Origin: a virus
Lineage: Duplodnaviria; Caudoviricetes
Direction: 5' to 3' (one strand)
IMG/VR virus record: IMGVR_UViG_3300042325_000241
Coordinates: 1 to 51,271 of that record
DNA: 51,271 bases
The notes under the pieces are model-generated. The model was not told the origin of the DNA. It did not search any database and worked only from the letters and a program-made list of their open reading frames with translations. Every line of letters begins with the position of its first letter. Position 1 is the first letter of the stretch. Below, piece after piece: positions 44,845-51,271 of this stretch. A program made the translations under genes and the position numbers.

Positions 44845-46046
44845 TAGTAGGAGTCTCCATCAATTACCAGACCTGCGGAACCTGTAGAGGGTGCTCCGGT
44901 GGTACCGGGTTGCCAACGACTATTTGTTGCGCTCCAGACTAGGGACTGTCCGTCCACCGCACCATTACGCCCAATTAGGAGTTTTAATGTGCTCATATTG
45001 TACTCTAGCGGATAGGTTGGTGTCAACACTTCCATATTATCTTGGGGTCGCCATTCTAATGCGACACTGTCCCAACCTAGTACCTGTCTGTCCGTAGCAC
45101 CGGATTGTGCAATTTTGAGTACGCTTCCTGCGGGTGTGTAGGTCAGTGGCAGTACAGGGTTTATCCCTAGTCCTGCCCCACCGTTGGATACAGAGGTTGC
45201 CATGTAGGACGCTAAGTAGTTATCAATGTTTTGGAATGTTCCTGAGTCACTCCACCAGCTTTGGTTTGGTGCAAGCTCGCCATCAAACATATATCCTTGT
45301 AGGTCGGTGGAGCTTGGTGGTCCAAACCCTAATTTTATACGCACTGTTTTTGAACTGGAGTTATAAACACAAATTTGCTTGATTACGGTGGCTATGAAAC
45401 CACCTGCTATAGGCAGCTTATAGATAGAGCTTACGCCTGTGCCGTTAGTGATCTTTTGAGCGATCTGTTCATCAATTCCCCAGGTTGTTTGCCCGGTCAC
45501 ACCGTGCGACATGGTCACATGCACATGGTCATCAGCCGTGAGTGTTTGCACCCCGGTTGGTGCAACGACTATAGAAATCTCCTCGATGTTTTCACTGTCT
45601 AGAACTATTACAGAAGGGTAGCTTAACAAGAAAGCTTCTGAGAATCTCCACACCTTTAATGAGGGTATGTCCATGTCAATCATACAGGTGTCGATGTAGT
45701 TGAGTGGATCATCTAGCTTACCCGCATCCGTGCCTGGTAATAGGGTGATGTTGGTGTAGGTTCTAATCCGAAGACTGTAGGTCTGTGCGGTGATTGCGTT
45801 ATTATAAAGGTAGATTTCCTTGACCACACGCTTACCTTCGGTGGCGTACTCCACCAAGGTATTCACACTGTTTGTTGAAGGAACACTGTAGAAAATACGC
45901 TCGTAGTTCTCCTCACCACCACCGTCTGGATAGTTGTTGGAGTCGGTAGTAAACTCCATTAAATGGGTCGTTGCGGTTACATTACACGCAACACCTTGGG
46001 ATTTAATATATAACCTTGTTTTTGGGCCTAGTATTAGAGTTTTCAT
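44844..46046 (-). CDS. Putative tail/fibre-associated structural protein
   Basis: 400 aa; GATDRQVLGW and GAVDGQSLVW fibre-type repeats near the C-terminus. Confidence 0.6.
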   Translation of the reverse strand: MKTLILGPKTRLYIKSQGVACNVTATTHLMEFTTDSNNYPDGGGEENYERIFYSVPSTNSVNTLVEYATEGKRVVKEIYLYNNAITAQTYSLRIRTYTNITLLPGTDAGKLDDPLNYIDTCMIDMDIPSLKVWRFSEAFLLSYPSVIVLDSENIEEISIVVAPTGVQTLTADDHVHVTMSHGVTGQTTWGIDEQIAQKITNGTGVSSIYKLPIAGGFIATVIKQICVYNSSSKTVRIKLGFGPPSSTDLQGYMFDGELAPNQSWWSDSGTFQNIDNYLASYMATSVSNGGAGLGINPVLPLTYTPAGSVLKIAQSGATDRQVLGWDSVALEWRPQDNMEVLTPTYPLEYNMSTLKLLIGRNGAVDGQSLVWSATNSRWQPGTTGAPSTGSAGLVIDGDSY

Positions 46047-49000
46047 AGTCCAAAAAAGCTCCTTCTTTGGGCCGAGTTGTTAGGCCTTGGTTTTAGGGTT
46101 AGTGCGTTACCGTTCATATAAAAGAGTCCGTTTGTGCCTAGTTCGAGTGCAAGGTAGGGGTTTGCAGAATTTGCAATACTTTTGAGAACTAGGCCTGTGC
46201 CTGTAATAGTCCTTACAGCTAGTGCGGGGTTCTGTGTGGTGCCCGTGTTGAATAGACCACCCGTAATATCTGCTGTGGTTGGGTTTACAGTTGGTCCAGC
46301 GGGACCGACTGCCCCGCTAGCCCCAGTTGGACCACTTGCTCCCCTAAGATTTACAGGTGTTCCCCAAGGATCTGTTCCTGAAGTGGTTTTTGGACCAAAC
46401 AAATAACTACCAACATACTCACCGCTGGAGGTATTAAGTATTGTAATGTGGAGATCACCAACAGCACCTAGGGAGGAGGACGGATCGTCTGGAATAGCTG
46501 TATTTGCATTGATTGTTGCGTAGTGGATCATCTGACCCGACTGAGGCCCAGCCACACCTTGGATACCTTGGATTCCTTGTACCCCTTCTGTTCCTTTTAG
46601 CTCAATGTAGGTGCTAGTAGGCCATGCGTTGTTAGCCTTTGGACCGTACCACCGTACTGAGTAGCTAGAGTTTAATAGTAGGAAGTCCCCGTTGTTTCCA
46701 ATGTAGTTGTAGTTGGTATTTGGAGGCATGGTGGTGACATCACCAACATGATCTATTTTGCGAATTAGGTTGGATGTTGATAAACCCTGTGCGCCCGTAT
46801 TTCCCATTACACCCTGAACACCTTGTACGCCTTGTATTCCAGCAGCCCCAGTATTTCCAATAGGCCCAACTAAATTTACAGGTGCTTGGATGCTTGTCCA
46901 TTTGTTGTTCAAACAACCACTACACTTAGGCCCATACAGATAGTGTCCGATGGTGTCGATGTAGAAGTCACCAGAGTGCCCTAGTCCTTGCGGTGGTACA
47001 CCCTCACCCCATAGGATAGTAGGCCTAGAGTGGTCATGTGGAACACCTGCAACCCAGTTAACACCATCAAAAACTAAAACCTCACCAGCATTGGCATCTA
47101 TACCAAAGGCTAGAACCTGTGCGACAGAATCCCAGTATAAGGGGGTGTTTGCAGTGATTTTTGCGCTGGGTAAATCCGACACATTCCACGCCTTAGTGGT
47201 TTGGTTCCATAGGAGGGTTTGGTTGGTTTTTGTACCGTCCCCGATTTTAAGTGTGGATGTGCCACTCGTCCAGTTGAGTGGTGATGTTGCGTTTAATTCT
47301 TTTACCGTGTTGGAGTTAGCCCAGTTTACACCGTTGAATACTAGTGCTTGTCCGTTGACAGGTGCGGTGATGACCACATCAGATAGGGAGTCTATGGTGA
47401 TTTCACCATTGATCCACTTGGTGCCGTTGTAGGTTAGTACCTCACCCGTTTTAGAGGAGGCTAGTGTGACATCCGTGAGTCCTGAGAGTACTGCGTTAGG
47501 TGTGATAAACTCCCACGCCTTACTAGTGTTGTTCCAGGTCATTACCTGACCTGTCACACTCCCACTAGACAGTGCGATGGTGATACTACCCGCAGTGGTT
47601 ACACTTACTGGGTAGGTTCCGACTAGATTTGCTGGTTCACCCTGTTCACCCTTAGCAACTAGTAGATCCCAGTTAAGAGTCGTGTTTGGTGTGATGTTTA
47701 GGGTGTTGTTGATTTCACAAATATAAATACCACCCAGGTAGTACACCACCGCGCCCTTGGAGTAGTTTACTAGGCTGCTCCATGTTCCATTCCATTCCAT
47801 CCCTGCGGTGCCATCAGCACCAGCAGGACCACCTATTCCATTTTGTCCAGAAGCCCCTAGAAGGGACACACCTGAACCCCATGCACCACTTACCTTAGGC
47901 CCAAACAACTTGGGTGCACCAGTACCCGCCATCTGCATATAGAAGTCACCGTCCACACCATTTTCAACTATAGGTGCACCCGTACCAGAGAGTATGGACT
48001 TCGCTGCTACGCTAGTGCTAGCTACCCAGTTAGTGCCGTTGTAGGTGAGCACATTGCCTGTTACCGCATCTGGAACACTAAATGAGATTGTGGATGTTGC
48101 AGAGTTCCAATTGATGGGAGAATCTGCAATTATGTTAGCCACACCGCTACCGGAACCGCCAGAACCCTTGAGTGCAACGAGTCCCCAGTCAGCAGCATTT
48201 GAGGGGCTATTGGAAGTGGATTTTAGTGAGACATAGCTCGAACCACCGGACTCTACCACTGAGCCAATGGGGTAGGTGGTACCTGATGCCCAGGTTCCCT
48301 TCCACTCTAGTCCGGCTGTTCCAGAAGGGCCACTAGGACCGACTGGACCAGCTAAACCCAATAGACTTACACCTGCTCCCCATCCTTGTGAGGTGGTATA
48401 ACCACCGTACAATCTACCTGTGAGGAGGTTGATGTAGAAGTCTCCTTCCCTGCGCTCTAATGAGCTAGGGAAGAGGCTAGTTGGTGCTTCATTACCATAA
48501 AATATTTTTGAACCTGCGGGTCCAACCGTACCAACACCGGGAATACCCTGAGCACCAATGTCCCCTGTTTCACCCTTGAGGCTAATTGCACCACCCCAAC
48601 TAGAAACACCCCCAGTGGTCGTTCTAGGCCCATATAAGCTCTTGGTAGTAGTATGTAGGTAATAGTCCCCATCGTTTGCTGTAGTGCTACTGGTGGGCAC
48701 ACTAGAACCGGATAGGAAGGATGCACCGCGCACGCCCTGGGTTCCACTAGGCCCAATCGGACCTGCAACTCCAACCCCACCACTAGGCCCAGCGGGTCCA
48801 ATTGCTCCACCGGATAGGACTCGCACCCATGCACCTACACCACCTGCATATTTCCAGATGTGTAGATAACTGTTGAGTGTGTCAAACCAAAATGCCTTTG
48901 CTGTGGTTGGGTTAACAGGATCTGCGGGTTGTGTGTTCTGGATGATGTAATCAGCACCCGTGGACAACAACACACCCCCAATATAGAGGTTGTTGGTGTT

Positions 49001-49093
49001 GGTGGAATAAGCTGGTTCACCTACTAAATAAGCACCCGCTAGTGAGTTGGCTTCAACGACAGAACTTGGTCCATTTTTAAATTGGATATTCAT
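46043..49093 (-). CDS. Collagen-repeat tail fibre protein
   Basis: Several Gly-X-Y runs; repeated GD(F/Y)Y...LYGP...W modules; W.GTW....Y..G.VV repeats. Confidence 0.85.
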   Translation of the reverse strand: MNIQFKNGPSSVVEANSLAGAYLVGEPAYSTNTNNLYIGGVLLSTGADYIIQNTQPADPVNPTTAKAFWFDTLNSYLHIWKYAGGVGAWVRVLSGGAIGPAGPSGGVGVAGPIGPSGTQGVRGASFLSGSSVPTSSTTANDGDYYLHTTTKSLYGPRTTTGGVSSWGGAISLKGETGDIGAQGIPGVGTVGPAGSKIFYGNEAPTSLFPSSLERREGDFYINLLTGRLYGGYTTSQGWGAGVSLLGLAGPVGPSGPSGTAGLEWKGTWASGTTYPIGSVVESGGSSYVSLKSTSNSPSNAADWGLVALKGSGGSGSGVANIIADSPINWNSATSTISFSVPDAVTGNVLTYNGTNWVASTSVAAKSILSGTGAPIVENGVDGDFYMQMAGTGAPKLFGPKVSGAWGSGVSLLGASGQNGIGGPAGADGTAGMEWNGTWSSLVNYSKGAVVYYLGGIYICEINNTLNITPNTTLNWDLLVAKGEQGEPANLVGTYPVSVTTAGSITIALSSGSVTGQVMTWNNTSKAWEFITPNAVLSGLTDVTLASSKTGEVLTYNGTKWINGEITIDSLSDVVITAPVNGQALVFNGVNWANSNTVKELNATSPLNWTSGTSTLKIGDGTKTNQTLLWNQTTKAWNVSDLPSAKITANTPLYWDSVAQVLAFGIDANAGEVLVFDGVNWVAGVPHDHSRPTILWGEGVPPQGLGHSGDFYIDTIGHYLYGPKCSGCLNNKWTSIQAPVNLVGPIGNTGAAGIQGVQGVQGVMGNTGAQGLSTSNLIRKIDHVGDVTTMPPNTNYNYIGNNGDFLLLNSSYSVRWYGPKANNAWPTSTYIELKGTEGVQGIQGIQGVAGPQSGQMIHYATINANTAIPDDPSSSLGAVGDLHITILNTSSGEYVGSYLFGPKTTSGTDPWGTPVNLRGASGPTGASGAVGPAGPTVNPTTADITGGLFNTGTTQNPALAVRTITGTGLVLKSIANSANPYLALELGTNGLFYMNGNALTLKPRPNNSAQRRSFFGL

Positions 49094-49094
49094 T

Positions 49095-51271
49095 TTAAGC
49101 CTCTTTAATGACTATTTTGGTGGAGGAACCGGAGCACGCAAGAGGGTCTAGATTTCCATCTGCAAATACTATTTTAAAAGGTGTGCAAACACAGGTCATC
49201 CCGGTGACAAGGTGCACCTCTGGTTTTGCAACATTCACAATGTCTTTAATAATCAAGTTGAAACTGTTGTTTGCACTGGTGGTTAGCTTGACCTGCACAA
49301 TATCTTTAGTGGGTCCAAACTGGTCGTGAATACCTGCCCAACCACCATCAAAGGCTGACTGCTGTAGTGGGATCACCACATCCTTTAAGTATTTGCAAGA
49401 ATCGGGAGGTGTCTCAAAGGTTAGGACTAGGTTTGCGGGTATGTTGCAGAGTGTGCCACCGCAATCAAAGGTTGCATCCACTGCGTCACTGATACATACA
49501 GCGGTGTTTGGTATTAGTCCACCACTTGTACCGGGTATATTGATGGGAATACTGGTAAACATCCCCAGGGTGAAGATACCACCAACCTCGTCTAGCTTCT
49601 GATCGCACGCCACTGCCCTAGGTGCAGGGTAGGGTTGGGAGTCCACACACCTCATATTCATGTACCAGTTTTGGTTCTGGAGTAGCTGTTCATCGGAGTC
49701 GTAGGAGTTTACCTTCTCTACGATCACGGTGGCGTACGCAGGGCTTTTTGCAGTTTTTGCAAAGGTTAGTCTTCCCCAACACTGCGCGCAACCTTGGCAG
49801 GTGAAAGACTTCCCACCGTTGATCTGTCTAGATGTTACCTTGCTACCGTTCCAATACACCGTGACCATAGCTTGTGTTTGGAAGTGGTAATCGAGCGCAA
49901 CATTTCCCACCGCATTACCTAGGCAGAATTTGACCACATAGGGTGGCTTGTGGTAGTTCGGGTAATCGGCTGGGATTGCATTAGAGGGTAGGGTGGTGCT
50001 CTGTGTTTGCACCGCAGAGTAGGGGAGGAACATGCTAGAGTTTCCAAACCCATACAGTTGGGATGTCACACTACCAGCTTGCATACCCTTGCACTGACCA
50101 CATGGGGCAGCATCTGCATCACAACCGGATTCATCACCTAGGTAGGACTCAATAAATATGTCTTGTGGTTGCTCGTTGTACGGTGCCCTAGCCACCTTAG
50201 TAGCTATGTTAGCTATGTCGTACATCACATAATCGAACATGCCCGTAGGATCTACCTGCTCAATACCATTGAGGATCAGATTAACATCAGACATCTGGTA
50301 CAGAATCCAGTCGTTCTTATACACCTCTATGTAGTTCTTTATCTGGAGTTGGCTAAACTCCTTGTCCGTCTTATTAGAGGGTTTTTTGGCATAGTCAGGG
50401 CACTGGTTGACCTTAGTCTTGTAGCTCGATGCATTCACCTTCAAGTACTTGGATGGTAGGCTTTCCCCAGAGGAGGGTTCACCCCAGGTAGTGGTGTAGG
50501 GGTAGAGTAGTCTCTTCCTAAGGTCGTAGGCGTAATCACCGGAAACAGGTGTAATGGGTTCTTCGGTTGTACCACCTACATTGCGTGTGAATGCGGGTGG
50601 TGTAAGGTCCTCATCCGTGGAGGTGAAGTAGTACACTTGCCCACCACCCATGAGTGCGGAGAAGGTGTTGTCATCACCTTCGTCCGTAACTGGGGTAATA
50701 CCGTCTGTGGTTACCGTAGCGTACACGGTGCCTGATACTAGGAAGCTCAACGACCTGGGTATTACACCAGCAGTATCGCGCATGATAGACTTTAGCTTTT
50801 TAAACTCTGTCTCACTCTTGGTGATATCCGCAGCAGTGGAGTAGTTATTCCCAATGTTGGTTTTAGAGGTGGAGATAAGGCTACCGAAACCACCTGCTTT
50901 TTGGGTGTTGCTAGTGGAGTAGCGTGTAGAGTCCTCCTCAAAGGACTTTGTTGCGTTCATTACCCTTACTGTGCCATCGTAGTTTAGGATCACCCTGGTA
51001 CCGCATGAGTGCGCGATGGTGTCTAGCAGGGCCGGAACCTCTGTTGATTGTGATGCACTGCGTAGTACCGAGTGTGGGAAGAGGTAGTCCACCGAAATAG
51101 GGTCGATGGTGATCTGTGCTTCTGTGTACCCCAGCTTTTTGAAGATGGTTTTGAACAGTGTTTCCCAAGAGGAGCATGAGGGTAGTTGGAAGTCCCCGGT
51201 GGTGAAGTTTCTCCAGAAATACCGTGCATCGACTAGGGGTAAAACCCAAATACCACTCAAATGGCTGTAAG
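49095..51271 (-). CDS. 3' part of the junction-spanning virion protein, Cys-rich C-terminus
   Basis: Continuous in frame with 1-657 across the terminal repeat. Confidence 0.85.
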   Translation of the reverse strand, partial: YSHLSGIWVLPLVDARYFWRNFTTGDFQLPSCSSWETLFKTIFKKLGYTEAQITIDPISVDYLFPHSVLRSASQSTEVPALLDTIAHSCGTRVILNYDGTVRVMNATKSFEEDSTRYSTSNTQKAGGFGSLISTSKTNIGNNYSTAADITKSETEFKKLKSIMRDTAGVIPRSLSFLVSGTVYATVTTDGITPVTDEGDDNTFSALMGGGQVYYFTSTDEDLTPPAFTRNVGGTTEEPITPVSGDYAYDLRKRLLYPYTTTWGEPSSGESLPSKYLKVNASSYKTKVNQCPDYAKKPSNKTDKEFSQLQIKNYIEVYKNDWILYQMSDVNLILNGIEQVDPTGMFDYVMYDIANIATKVARAPYNEQPQDIFIESYLGDESGCDADAAPCGQCKGMQAGSVTSQLYGFGNSSMFLPYSAVQTQSTTLPSNAIPADYPNYHKPPYVVKFCLGNAVGNVALDYHFQTQAMVTVYWNGSKVTSRQINGGKSFTCQGCAQCWGRLTFAKTAKSPAYATVIVEKVNSYDSDEQLLQNQNWYMNMRCVDSQPYPAPRAVACDQKLDEVGGIFTLGMFTSIPINIPGTSGGLIPNTAVCISDAVDATFDCGGTLCNIPANLVLTFETPPDSCKYLKDVVIPLQQSAFDGGWAGIHDQFGPTKDIVQVKLTTSANNSFNLIIKDIVNVAKPEVHLVTGMTCVCTPFKIVFADGNLDPLACSGSSTKIVIKEA
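51042..51271. repeat. Terminal direct repeat copy 2
   Basis: Matches 1-230 with 9 substitutions, corresponding to positions 52-103 of copy 1. Confidence 0.95.

Larger units (their letters stand above)
1..51271. mobile_element. Complete, circularly permuted temperate tailed phage genome
   Basis: Terminal redundancy plus terminase, portal, capsid, tail fibre, replication, integrase and attP modules; no host housekeeping genes. Confidence 0.95.

Noticed and set aside
40632-48869. Multiple plus-strand ORFs over the fibre genes
   Set aside because: In-register antisense shadows of Thr/Gly/Ser-rich coding sequence with no recognisable motifs
1-51271. TAG stop-codon reassignment suggested by TAG/CTAG abundance
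   Set aside because: Code 11 gives dense full-length genes, and TAG is a real stop immediately before the next start (for example 38709 and 43513)

Overview
The window is an essentially complete, circularly permuted tailed dsDNA phage genome (Caudoviricetes). The unique length is about 51,041 bp because 1-230 repeats 51042-51271, with 9 mismatches. Almost all genes are on the minus strand. It carries a Mu-like head module (DUF935-type portal, protease/scaffold, capsid cement, major capsid, gp36-like adaptor) with a block of basic or disordered proteins and a 1315-aa multidomain protein between portal and protease. It also has two paralogous tube-like genes, no classical tape measure, several long fibre genes, a membrane cassette with a papain-like peptidase but no recognisable endolysin, two C5 DNA methyltransferases, and a replication set (Pol A, primase-helicase, SSB-like, RecT-like, YqaJ, resolvase, DUF5664). 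A tyrosine integrase lies next to a candidate attP. Recalled protein families suggest a Planctomycetota (Gemmatales-like) host; this is unverified. Main findings: (1) the attP carries the 5' half, not the usual 3' end, of tRNA-Arg(CCU), flanked by twin palindromic arm-like sites; (2) a +1-frame ORF with its own RBS lies inside the C5-MTase and encodes an MTase-like segment; (3) CTAG is visibly in excess, which may record 5mC deamination; (4) a recurrent K/R-hydrophobic-x-R/K motif punctuates the head proteins; (5) the lysis and tail architecture is non-canonical. All family assignments come from motif recognition without database searches.
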